Positions 33,431 to 44,490 of a DNA stretch of 64,000 bases are shown here, piece after piece. The position numbers were made by a program, and so were the translations under genes. This stretch comes from Prasinococcaceae sp. CCMP 1430 (lineage: Eukaryota > Plantae > Prasinodermophyta): contig RQSC01000018.1 in assembly GCA_013416795.1 (NCBI GenBank), forward strand, positions 131,274 to 195,273, in the 5' to 3' direction. The notes below the pieces were generated by a model. It saw nothing but the letters and a program-made list of their open reading frames with translations, had not been told where the DNA came from and made no database searches. Numbering within the stretch: the first letter of the stretch is position 1; each line of letters begins with the position of its first letter.

Positions 33431-34411
33431 CTATTTCTTGTAGAACTCTCGCTCAAGGTCATCGAACGACTGCGGCACGTCCAGTGCGCCGCCGCTGGGG
33501 TTTCTCGCCTGCGCCTTGAGCTCGGCCGCGTTGGCCGCGCCGCCCTCGATAATGCGCTCGAGCGACGCTGCGCGCGCTGCCAGTGAGTCGACCGCAGCGC
33601 TTGCACGTTCGACCCTCCTGATGGCCTCCTCCAACGCCTTCTCGTCGTCGTCGAGATCCTGCTGCCGACGCTTGCGTTCCACAAGCAGGCGCCGCGCCTG
33701 GTCCTCATCCCCATCCCCCTACGCGCGTGCGCGGGCGCACGCCGAGCAAGGTGTCAGCAGGGGCGAGCGACGCACGAAGCAGGGCGCGCGGAGTGGGACC
33801 GGGCGCTATGCTACGGGACCGCGCGCTACACATGCACGCGCAGCATGCTGTGAGTGCCAGGTTGCGAGCGGAAGCAGGGCGTTGCTTGCGCGCTTGGATG
33901 CCCGCGCGATTGAGAGCGCTCCCGCACCATTGCCGCTTCAGCCTCAGCATAAAGATCTTGGGTGAGCTGCCTGCCGCGGTCCACGCGCTCGCGCTCGCGA
34001 TCCTCAGCCTCGCGCAGCACGTTCAGGCTTCCTTCGGCCTCGCTCAGGTCCTCGGCGAGCTCCTGGAACTCCTGCAAGAGTTCGGGCGTGAGCCCCACTT
34101 TCGCGAGCTCGTCGCGCTGCTCCCTCTCTAGCTGTGCGCCGGCGCCGAGCGAGGAGCCGATCTGCGCGCCCCAAATCGCACCGAAGGGCCCCGCGATCAG
34201 GCCGCCGAGCACGGCACCCGACACGGCGCCGCCGACAGGGCTCTTGGCTGCGTCGCCCAGCCCGCCGCCGTCGCCACCGCGCCCACCGCGCGCTTGCGGC
34301 TGCACGCGCCGCTCCGCGCGCTCCGCGCGCGCGCCCTCGTCGTCGCTGCGGTCGACAGCACCGCGCGGACGTCGCCCGCGGCGCGGCCGCCGCCGCCGCT
34401 GTCGCAGCCAT
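33431..34411 (-). CDS. Glycine-zipper + PspA/IM30-like coiled-coil protein with a probable plastid transit peptide, 2 exons
   Basis: GGAVSGAVLGGLIAGPFGAIWGAQIGSSLG, coiled coil, intron 33927-33719, then AEAAM|GDGDEDQARRLLVERK (PspA-like). The transit-peptide-like MAATAAAAAAPRATSARCC at 34411 is one frame off. Confidence 0.65.
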
Positions 34412-34877
34412 AACTGTGCGCGCGCGCAATGCCACTTCCCCCCACCACCACCTCTCGCGCGCGCGCACGCGACCAGCCACCACCGCCCCCCCTCCCCCGC
34501 GCACGCTGTGACACCTGCAGCTCAGCCCAAGCAGCACGCTCTCGGCCACACACCACCGCGTGCACCATTGCCGCTTCATTGAAAGCAACCAGTCATCGAC
34601 CCCTCGCTCCGAGTTTAGGTTGCGTGTCGGGGCTCCCTGACCTCGGTTCGCGTCGGTGTTGAGGGTTTGGTTTGTGGCTCCGAAACGAAGGGTGTTGTGG
34701 CCTGGGAAGTGGGAAAGTGTCCGGCGGAGGTGCTATTTTTTGCACGCGCGTCCGATGGTGCTCGCCTCCTTGCCATGTTCGAATGTCTAGCGCGTTGGCA
34801 CGGGCGTGTGTTCGCCACACTGCACGAAAGGGGCGGCGCCGCCAGCGCCTGGTGGCCGTGCGGCCCGGGGCCCCGCC

Positions 34878-37800
34878 ATGCCGCAGGATGGGACCCTGCG
34901 GCACGCAGCAAGCACGCGCTCGCCTGGTGCACCGCAGCGGCCGCTGCCCGAAGGACCCAACGGGCGCGCTCGCAGGCTGCCGGTGCGACGCCTGGGCCGG
35001 GCGCTGCGCGCCGTTGCGGTCGCCATGGCGGACCACGTCGTCCTCTGGTGGCTGCTTGCGGCGTCGCCTGAGTGGCACGAGGACGTGGGCGCCGACGCGA
35101 GGTGCCGGTCAGCAGCAGGAGCGCTCGTCACTGCGCACGCGGCGGCCGCCGCGGCCAGGGCCACCTTCACGGCTGACGATTTGGGCGCGCGCCACAACGC
35201 GTGGCCAGTGGCTGTTGCTACGGCCTCCAGCGTCCACGCGTTCTTTGCAACGGTGTTGGCGTGGCCTACTGGGCTGGGGTTGGCGCTCGCAGGCGTGGGG
35301 GCGACGGCGCTGCTCGCGGGCACGCGATGCTGCCTCGAGCGCTTCCTCGAGTCCCTCGTCAAGCGCGTCAATCGGCGCGCCCGTACGGACTCGCCCTTAG
35401 GCCTGTCACTCGCAAGGCCGCGCTTACTGCGGGTGCTGGCCATTGTGCTGGCGTCCGCCACGGCGTCCGCGATGCTCGCATTATCCGCGATGCTGTTCGC
35501 CCCCGTCCCAAGCGAGGGCGAGCCAGCGCTGCCGTTGTTGTTCCTGCCGCTCATGCTGCTTGTAGGCGCTCTGTGCCTGGCCGTGCGCCCCATCTCGTGG
35601 CTACTCGTGGCCCTGTTCGACGCGCAGGCGCCGCCGCACCACCTTGCGATAGCACGCATTGTGATTTTCGGATGCTGGTGGTGGGATATGGTACGTGCGC
35701 CACGGCGCCCTTCGGCCCTCGCCGCCCCCGTACCGGCAACTAGCACGGCGCGCGAGAGAGCGATCTTGTTCTGCAAGGCCCTAAGGGCGCGCATAGTGAA
35801 AGCGCGTGGTGCGACGGGCGCGCGACGATACACTGACGCTGTCGTGGTGCTCTCTGCTGGGGCGTGCAATACCGTGCATCTGATTGACTCGACGCGCGCT
35901 GACCGACTCGCGCTGAATGCGGGGGGGCGTAACAATCGTGACAGGCCGTCAGCCCGATGGAGCTCGCGATGGCCCTTCATCATCCTTGTCACAGCTCTGC
36001 GTGCGATGCCGTTGTCCATTTGGACCCCTGGCCGCACATGTGGAGCACCCAGGGACTGCCGCGCGAGCTGCTCGACTTCGCAGGCGGTGCCACGATTGGA
36101 GGCAACCTGAGCTGGGTCTCTTCCACGAACTTCATTCTGGCGCCTCGCCTAGACTCGGGCGAGCCCTCGACGGGCGCAATAGGGGCCGCTGCCACGAGGC
36201 TGGCGATTGTTAGTGCCATGGCGTCGGCCGGCGCGCTCTGCTGGTTGAGCCTCCCGCTCGCGGCGGTGCTGGCATTGCATTTCATTACACTGATCAATGC
36301 CGCCAGCCTCCATCTCTCTCACGGACCAAACGCTCCCTTGGTGGCTTCGTTTGTGCTCGCGCTCGCTGGCGCGCGTGCCGGGGATGCGTGGAGCATTGAC
36401 GCGCTGGTTAGACGTCACTGGCCATCGCGGGCCTCGTGGCGCCGGGAGCGCATCTTCAGCGCCGGAATTCCCTACAAGGCCGCCGCTGGGAGAGACCACG
36501 GGCTCGGAGGCGATCCTTCGACGAGGCCTTCGTCGGAGCCTGCATGGTACCGGCCGTTCATTTGGCGCGCAGCACCAGCGCTTGCGTTGCTCGCCGTCGG
36601 CTTTCAGTACACCAACGGCGGGTACCCCAAGCTCGGCTCGTCGCCGCTGCTTCCGCACGGCGGCTGGACTACCGACAGAAACCTCGTGCACTCCGGGTTA
36701 GTCATTTGGTACCGCGAGACCATTCTGCATCTAGATACGGGCTACCCACTGAATTATTTGACCCCGCGCTTGCCCGTCCTTCACGACATGCTGCAAGAGT
36801 ACACCACGTTGGCAGCGGCGCCGTCGCTGCTCGCCGAGCACTTTGCGCCTGTACTCTTCGTTGGGCCAGGCAAGCTGCGCGTCTTTACGGGCATGTTCTT
36901 TGCATGCTTCCACTCTTCCATCGAAATGCTGATGTATATCAGGCACTTTCGAACAACCATGTGCATCGTGCTGGCGCTGGGACTGCCTGCCTGGTGGCTT
37001 CGAACGCCGGCGAGCGACCGAGGGTACGCCCGCACCGGCAACGCGATCGACGAGGAGAGCGGACAGGAGGGGCGTGGCAATAACTCTACTGGGGTCGAAG
37101 ACGAACACTTGGTGAGGAACTGCAACTGCTGTGGTCGCCGTCGTGCAATCACTGCGTGGCTACACGCGACACTCTTGGTCGTCGGGGCGGCCGTGCTATG
37201 CGCCAGCAGCGCCCGCACGGCGGTGTGCTCGTCACGTCGGCGCCTGCGGGAGTTACCAATATGTAGGGGCCCGCTAAACGCTGGCGCCGTCATGTTTTCG
37301 GCGGGGCCCAAGTTCGCGCGTTCGTGGTATCCTGGCGAGAAGCCTCTCACCGTTGGTCGCAAAAGTGTTAGCGCCTTTCTGAAAGAGGCACCCGCTACCG
37401 CTGTCGTGGTGCTCGTTTCGCCCTCTGAGGAGAATGCGGACACGGCGTCGTTTAGCCACAGCGCGTCGGTGGTGGAGATCGACGCGCTCGCAGCCGCGGG
37501 CGCGCCGCCGGCTGGGCGCGTGCGCTCGACGCCTCTGCGCTGCTCCGCCGCGGCGCCGTTGCGGCCATTGTCAGACCTCGCAGGACCCGGTAGTTGCTCT
37601 GATGAGCCACTCGTTGCTGCTGCGCTCAGCCAGTGGTGTGCCTCGTCGGTGTGCTTCCGTGCCATGGTGCCTGATGCGGAGGCCGAGCAGAGGCTGTGTG
37701 CCGAACTTTTGGAGCTCGCGCCCGCAGCAGCGTCCGCGTCCTTGTCTCGAACCGGCGGTGCAAATGTCAGCGTGACTGCTGCACAGGTTGCTTCCGTTCG

Positions 37801-38302
37801 AGTGGTGGCGTCCCGCGTCTCCAGATTCTACAGGCCGCAGATGGGACTTGAGCGCCTTGAGAGGAGCCTCCCACGCATTGGAATGGACAATGCGACATCC
37901 CTCCTCGCCCGCACCTTCGATTCCGCATCGTTGCTGGACCGGCACCCGCTCTTCAAATCACATCACCCAAAGGCCCTGCGCTTGGCGGAGCAGGCCGTAA
38001 AGAACAGGGACAGGCACCCGGTCTTGCTGGAATGCTTCCGAGGCGACGGTGTGCCCCCCACGCACTACGAGGCAATGCCGGTGAGAGATCTCCGAGCACT
38101 CGCAACGAAAACAAAAAAATCCAAAACCAAACCACGCTATTTGTCGAAGGTGCGTCAGTGCATCGGACTCGGCTGCGTGCACCCTGCCGATCGTCTCCTC
38201 GTTGAACACAAGCGTGCTGTCGTCGAGAGCACGTGGCGGCATGGCGTCGGGGGCGCGCACGGGAGTGATTGGCTCGGCAGGAGTGGCCCTGATAGCGCGT
38301 AG
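34878..38302 (+). CDS. Large polytopic membrane protein with an HTTM domain (vitamin-K-dependent carboxylase/SdpB-like), 2 exons
   Basis: Exons 34878-35690 and 35945-38302 (phase-0 intron). LFDAQAPPHHLAIARIVIFG, AGDAWSIDAL, YTNGGYPKL, EHFAPVLF..LRVFTGMFFACFHSSIEMLMYIRHF follow the HTTM pattern. Start codon uncertain (alternative 35025). Confidence 0.7.
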
Positions 38303-38329
38303 CTCGCTGCTTGGACGTACTTTTGAGTA

Positions 38330-40271
38330 TTATTGTTCAGAAGAGGCAGCGGCCGCCGGGTCCTCGCACGCCCGCGCGCGCATGGTAACGGCGGGCGGCG
38401 GTGAGCGGTGCGGCCGAGGCGGCAAGGTGGACGGCCAGGAGTTTAAGCGCTGGCGGCGGCGTTTGCGCTCTCCGCGGCGGCAGAGGATGGCCTCTGAATT
38501 AAGGACCGTCCCCTCCTCTGTGGCCGTCTCCACCTTCCCGTGCCACGCCGAGCGGAGCTCGAGAGGGTGGTTTTGCGACGCGTCCGCTTCTAGCGCACGC
38601 GCGAAGGGGGAGGCGAGCGGCGACTCAGCTGTGCCGAAAGATGGCCGGCCAAGCACAACGTCGTCAACTGTCGACGGCCGCTTGGCGTGTGTCGGCTGTG
38701 CACTGGCGGCGAGGGCGTACACGTCGGTCGAAACGCCCGCGAGCGCTGATGCGACGAAGTCCAACTTGGCCTCAAGGCTCGAGAGTGAACCGCGACGCTT
38801 GTTGTTTGGTATGGCCGCCGCCGCCTTCTCGGCAGACACTGGCTTGCTGCCGCCCCCCTCGCCTGGCGCGCCGAGTGGCGGCGTGAGGATCTCTGCATGC
38901 GAAGTGGCGGAGATCCGCGCAGCGGTGACCGCGTTGGCGGTGCCCTGCCACGAGCAGTAACAACAATTCCCCGAGAAAGCACGAGAGCGTTGAGGAACGG
39001 CGTTGGTGGGACGCCGGGAGCGTCAGCGAGTGTCGGGGGGGGGGGGGCGGGGGGGCATGGGCGAGTCCAGCAGAGTGCGAGCGACGCCCACGCGGCGCAG
39101 AAGCGAGGGTGGCCCGCACCTGTACAGATCTCTCCAAAAAGGAACTCGAAATGGACGCGATGAGCATGATATACAAGCTTGCACCAACAATCATAGAGCC
39201 GATCGTGATCCCCAGCTCGACGCTGGTCGCCGGTGAGTAACACGGAGGTCCGTAGCCGATGCAGAGCATGTGACTTGTGGCTATGAAGAGGGCGTATGTG
39301 TACTGGTGGATCTTGGAAGCATCCTCCAGGCCCTCGCAGCTCACCCATCCAGTCTCGGGAAAGTCTTGCAAAGCCTGCAGGAAAAAGAGCACGCACGCGT
39401 CCAGGTGTGGAAAGAGAATGATGCCAGAGGCGATCTTGATGGCGTGCAGCACCTGCGTGGCGCGCTCGCTGCCCGTGTACAGGATCCAGCGCCGCGCGTA
39501 GCGGAAGAGGCGCGGCAAGCGTAAGAGGCGCAGGAGGCGTGGCAGACGGAGAGTCATTCGCGTACGCGTGTCGCCACCCACATCAAGAAGCAGCGGCAGG
39601 TCGGCGGGCACGCTCGAAACAAGGTCCACCACGAACATCTGTCGCAGGTAGCGCCGCCGTGCTACGCGCAGCCGTCGCTCGGGAGGGCCGCCGCCGTCCG
39701 GTATGAAGCCGGTGTTCATGTTGAGCCAGATGTCCACGAGGAACATAACGTCTATCAGGCAGTCAAGTATCGATAGCGGTCCGAACGTGTCGTCACCAAA
39801 GCCGAGCCGGAAGGGGAGCACCACTGCATTGTATAGCACGCAGCACACTATGAAGAGATCCCAGCGGCAGCGCGGCGCGGACACCGGATCGAGCGCAATG
39901 CGCTCACCCGGCGGCACGATGGGCTCCAGGGGCGCATCGTGGGCGTCTGCCGCATCCTCGCTCTGTAGTGGCGCCAACACTGACTCGTGCGCCGAGGAAG
40001 AGACGGACGCCTGGAAGCTGCCTCGATGCCCCATGAGCTTGGCTAGGATGCTGCGCTGGCCGGCATTTTTCTTGGAGGGAGACGAGGGGACCACGGAGGG
40101 CGCATCGGATGCCGCATCTGGGATGGAGAAGATCTGTGGCGCGGCGAAGGCGCTTGCGGCGCTCCGCGGCGAGCTCGCAAGCGGTGTGCCAGGACCGCCC
40201 AAACTGCCGCGGCGGCGGCAGCCGTGCGTGAGGGCCAGAGGCAGGCTCAACCGCCGGCCGGCGCGCGACAT
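38330..40271 (-). CDS. Six-TM voltage-gated cation channel with an HCN-type pore, lacking C-linker/CNBD, 2 exons
   Basis: RWDLFIVCCVLYNAVVLPFRLGF (S1), DVMFLVDIWLNMNTG (S2), FVVDLVSSVP (S3), RLPRLLRLLRLPRLFRY (S4), QYTYALFIATSHMLCIGYG (pore), ITIGSMIVGASLY (S6). Intron 39119-38945. Confidence 0.88.
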
Positions 40272-40791
40272 CCCGCGTGCGCCCACGCTCGCGCCCGTCG
40301 ATGCTTCGAGCTGCTCCTGCGCACCCGCACCCTCCGCGTCCCTTGCGCCCACCCCCCCTCACCGCCGCCGCCCCCCTTCCACCGGCGCGCGCGCCTTGGC
40401 GGCGGCGCGACCGCCTTGTGGCGCAGTGGGCGCGTCCGCGCGCCCCCCCCACCCGTACCCCTGACTGGGCGCGCCGTGCCCCTTCGTAACCCCGCGGCTT
40501 TTCGTCCGAGCCGGCGGCGGCGGGGGAAACAGCGGCAGCCGCGCAGTTACGGTCAAGGCTTAGGGTAGACCAAGGCACATGCCCACTACTGTACCATCTG
40601 ATTGCACATCATATTCAATATAGGGTCTGAAACCTTCCAGAGGCGCGTGCGTTTTGACGTGCGTTTCAAACGCTCGCGATCGTGGCGGTGCGGCGGCGGC
40701 GTGTCGACCCTCGCATTCGCGGGGGGGTGCGCCCCACACCGCGCTCGCGCGTCGCGCTGCCTCACCTCACCGGCACGGGCGACGGGGCGGG

Positions 40792-41300
40792 ATGGCGGGC
40801 ACGGAGGGTGCGGCGCAGGAGCAGCCCGCGGCCAAGGTGGCGCTGGACAGCGTTGAGGATGACGACGAGTTCGAGGAGTTCGAGTGCGAGGGTGCGTGCC
40901 CGCGGCGCTGACGCGCGCTGGTAGGCTCGGACGCGAGCGCGCGCGCGGTGTAGATCTAAGGAGCGAGCGCGGGGCGGCGCGGCGCGGGGCGCGCACGGGG
41001 GGCGCACGGGGGGTGGGCCCCGGGGTGCTGCAGCGAGCGCGTTGTGACTCGCGATCGGCACAAGCTCGTAACCACGCCGCGCTCCGTAGATGCGCGTCAA
41101 GGCGTGTGCTGACGTCTACCCGTGCTCGTGTTGGTACGTCGTGTGGCTGCCTCCTGTGCGGCTTCGCATGCACAGACTGGGGCAAGGCTGATGAGGCCAA
41201 GGGGGAAACGAAGATGTGGGAAGACGATTGGGACGACGCGGGCACCAAGGACGACTTCTCACAGCAGCTGCGTGCCGCTTTGAAGGCTGGCACTAAGTGA
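40792..41300 (+). CDS. SEM1: DSS1/SEM1 (26S proteasome lid/TREX-2 subunit), 2 exons
   Basis: Exons 40792-40891 and 41176-41300 give EDDDEFEEFECE|DW...WEDDWDD...DDFSQQLRAAL. Confidence 0.95.
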
Positions 41301-41521
41301 GAGCGCACTGTGCCGCCGCGCGGTTCGGCGCGCGCGCATGCGTACGCGCCTTGTGAAATAGGCAAGTTCGGAATAAGGGCCGCTCCAACCACAGCGCCGA
41401 GTGCGACTGGCGCGACACGCACCTGCGCGTCTGGTCGCCGGCGAGCCGACACAGCGAGCGCACGAGAATGCAAAGCGGGAATTTACCAAGTGCCAACCTA
41501 GCCATAGCCACGCAGCCATGC

Positions 41522-42670
41522 TCAGTAGACGGGCGTCTTCTTGAGCGAGTTTTGCAGGAGCGTGTGCTGAGCGACGCCAATCCGCACCTCCATGCCCTTT
41601 AGCTCGTCCGTGAGGCGCGCGATGGCGTTCTTGATCTTCACCAAGGGGCTCGTGTCGGAAATGTTTCCGCTGCGCTCGTCCAGATTGCCCTTCACCTGCT
41701 CCAGCTCCTCGGAGATGCGCGCGAACTCGTTTGTAAGTTCGGCCACGCGCTCGGTCTGCTTGTTGTAGCGCTCCTGGACGACCGACAGCGCGTCCCGCGC
41801 TTGGCGGTAGTCGGCGCACGCGGCATCGAACTGGGAGTTGATGTATTTCTCACGCTGCGACACCTTCTCCACCGCATCGCGCGCCGCCGCCTCGACCCCT
41901 CGCAACATCGACATGCTCGAGGGCACGATCTTCTTGATGGACTCGTGGTGCTGTTTGGCCTGCTCGAGGTGTGACCGCCAGTCCTTGCTGTCCTGCACCA
42001 CCGTCACCCGAAGCTGCGGCGCCACGCGCTCCACCTCCATGCGCCACTCGGCCGCAGGCACGCGTGACTCGATCGCCGCGCGGTCCTCCGCGTCCTGGTC
42101 CATGTTGGACGAGTACAGCCCATCGGCGCCGCCGCCGGCAACATCCTCGCCCTCCCCCTGCGTGTCTGCCCCTAGCAGCGCCTCCTCCTCCTCCTCGTCG
42201 TCGACAACGAAGTCGTCTGGACCGCCCTGCTGGTCTGGTCCCTCGTTCTCGTACTCTGACTCCTCCACCGCCGCGTCCACCCCCAGCTTCTGCGCGGCCC
42301 ACCTGAAGCCCGTTCGCTCGAGCGCGAAGTCGCACAGGTTGTCCAGCACACCGCACACAGCCTCCCCGTGCCCCTGCTTGAGCTTCGTGGGAGGAAATGG
42401 GGGCGGGGCGAAACCCGCGTTCCTGAGCTCCGCCAGGATAGAAGCGCACGTCGCATTAGGGTCGTCGAACTGCCCCGGCGCTGGGAAGGCGCGCCCACCC
42501 TTGCCAAGGAGCCACGACACCAGCGACGTGAAGTAGAAGAACTGCTCGTTGGGGTTGGCTGCCGGCGCCGCGAAGTAGGCACGCCCAACGGGCGTCAAGG
42601 CAGGGCGTTGCTTTTTGCAGAAGTCGGCCTCGTATTGCAGCAGCTTGAGCTTGTCCGCGACAGCCTCCAT
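41522..42670 (-). CDS. IFT57: Intraflagellar transport protein 57 (an additional 5' exon is possible)
   Basis: MEAVADKLKLLQYEADFC, YFA..NPNEQFFYFTSLVSWLL, QFDDPNATC, KLKQGHGEAVC, WRMEVERVAPQLRV, KDWRSHLEQ, DTSPLVKIK, MEVRIGVAQH. Confidence 0.95.
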   Translation of the reverse strand: MEAVADKLKLLQYEADFCKKQRPALTPVGRAYFAAPAANPNEQFFYFTSLVSWLLGKGGRAFPAPGQFDDPNATCASILAELRNAGFAPPPFPPTKLKQGHGEAVCGVLDNLCDFALERTGFRWAAQKLGVDAAVEESEYENEGPDQQGGPDDFVVDDEEEEEALLGADTQGEGEDVAGGGADGLYSSNMDQDAEDRAAIESRVPAAEWRMEVERVAPQLRVTVVQDSKDWRSHLEQAKQHHESIKKIVPSSMSMLRGVEAAARDAVEKVSQREKYINSQFDAACADYRQARDALSVVQERYNKQTERVAELTNEFARISEELEQVKGNLDERSGNISDTSPLVKIKNAIARLTDELKGMEVRIGVAQHTLLQNSLKKTPVY

Positions 42671-43832
42671 GACGACATCGGCCGGCGCTGCGCTGTCGAG
42701 TGCCCGTCCAGCAGTGCCACTCTGCCACTCCGCGGCGCTCTGCCAGAGCGCCGTGTGTGGGGGAAGGCATCGCGGCGCGAAAGCACACAGCAGTTGCAGC
42801 ATGGCCGCAGCAGGCAGATTGGCCCATCGAAGCTTGCGGGTCAGAGCAGCACAGGCGCGGGCCACTCCGCGCGCATCGCCAGTCGATCGCGGGCGCACGC
42901 AGAGGGCGTGGCGCGGCAAGCGCGCGCCGCGCCGAGATGCCGGTCAAACGCGCGATCCACGGGGCGGCACGCGCACGGATGGGAGGGGGGGCGCCCCGTC
43001 TCTGGGGCAGCACTTGGCTTCGCAAATACGCCGCGCCGCCCTATTCGACCCGCCCTCTTCACCCGTGCGCCCCGCGGGCCATCCCGTTCCGTCCCCTCGC
43101 CTGCGTCGCCGCCGGTCAACAGCGCCGACGACTCGCGCGCGCGCGCCGAAACCGTGCCGGCGCGAAATCAAACGCGCGCTCGTGCAGCCGTGCTCGCGGC
43201 GCTGTGCGCCACAGTTGGGCTGAGCATGCGCACGTTTTCGCTGTCCTCCCTCCCCCCTTGCGCAGCGCGCGCTGTGTGGCGAGTGCCCCCCTTGTCGCCC
43301 GCCCCCCTCCGCGCCCCGTGCATGCGCCCGCCCTCACTAACAGCCACTTCCTCATCCTGAGCAGAGAGCGTGCTCGAGGGGCGAATGTTGCACCGTAAGT
43401 TAGGGGTTCGAATTGGGGTAATCTAAAGGGTTAATACTGTGTGCCTCGCGAGCTCGGCCCACGCGGGTGAGGCCTCGAGGCCTCGATTGCAGCCTCGCTG
43501 AAGGCCTCGCCACAGCGCGCGCGGCGAGCGCGGGTGAAGGCGGGCAGGCGGGCGGGGAGGGAGAAGGGGGGGGCGGTGGGTGTTTGAGCTGGGGCACGAA
43601 ACGGGCGGGGGTGTGTGGGGGGGGGTGAAGGGGACAAGGGCTGCTGGGTGCGCGCCCGCGCGCTTGCGCGGGGCTGCGTGTCGGGCGGCGAGCGAACGAG
43701 CGACCTGCAGCGTCACAGCGCAGGCGCAGGTTGGAGAGCCCCGGCGGCCGCTGGCAGGGCCGCGGAGCGTGTGGACGCGGGTAACAGTCGCAGGCGGTGC
43801 TGTTGCTGTTGCTGCGAGAGATGGAGGGAGGG

Positions 43833-44156
43833 ATGTCTCCCGCAGGCTACGCTCGCACCGACGACTCCCCGCCACAGCCCGTGAGCACGTCGAGCGCTCA
43901 GAACGCTGGAGGGGACCAGCCCCAGGCGCTCACCCCGCGCGCGAAGGAGAGGCACGAACGGGGTAGCGGCGCTGGCATGAGCTCAGGGGTTCCGATCTCT
44001 CACACCGAGCGCGCACGCAACGCGGAGATGCTCGGTTACGACATGCTTGCGTACGGATCGTTCGACGCCGACGACCAGCCGATGGGTGTGATGCCTCAGG
44101 ACACGAAGCTGCTCCACGCCGATTTCTGGAATCCACCAGACGACCTGGCGGAGTAG
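43833..44156 (+). CDS. Small acidic protein, possibly CSN9/MYEOV2 (CSNAP)-like
   Basis: C-terminus DTKLLHADFWNPPDDLAE resembles the KL..ADFFN..DD tail of CSN9. Probable acceptor tctcccgcag at ~43845; 5' exon not resolved. Confidence 0.4.
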   Translation: MSPAGYARTDDSPPQPVSTSSAQNAGGDQPQALTPRAKERHERGSGAGMSSGVPISHTERARNAEMLGYDMLAYGSFDADDQPMGVMPQDTKLLHADFWNPPDDLAE

Positions 44157-44490
44157 GATCGCAGGTGGGGGAGGGGGGGGAGGGTATAGAGTAGAGATCG
44201 ATGGCGTAACGAGGCGGCCGAGGGGCGGCGGACTCCTACAGCCAATCGCGAGAGGCAGCTCTTCATCCCAACGCCCATGTAGGGCGGCATTTCAGATGGC
44301 TGCAAAGGATTTGTTACCGCAGGACATGAAGCTGTCGTATCTGTGAATTTTTCGCGTACATAGGACTACCAATCGGTACATTCGGTGAGAGCCGGTGAGG
44401 ATCAGAAGCTCGGATTGCACGGTGGGTCATTCGCTTGCACACCTTGTGAGTAGTGAGTCGCAGAGGCCTCAGCGAGATCGCGCCTGGCGA

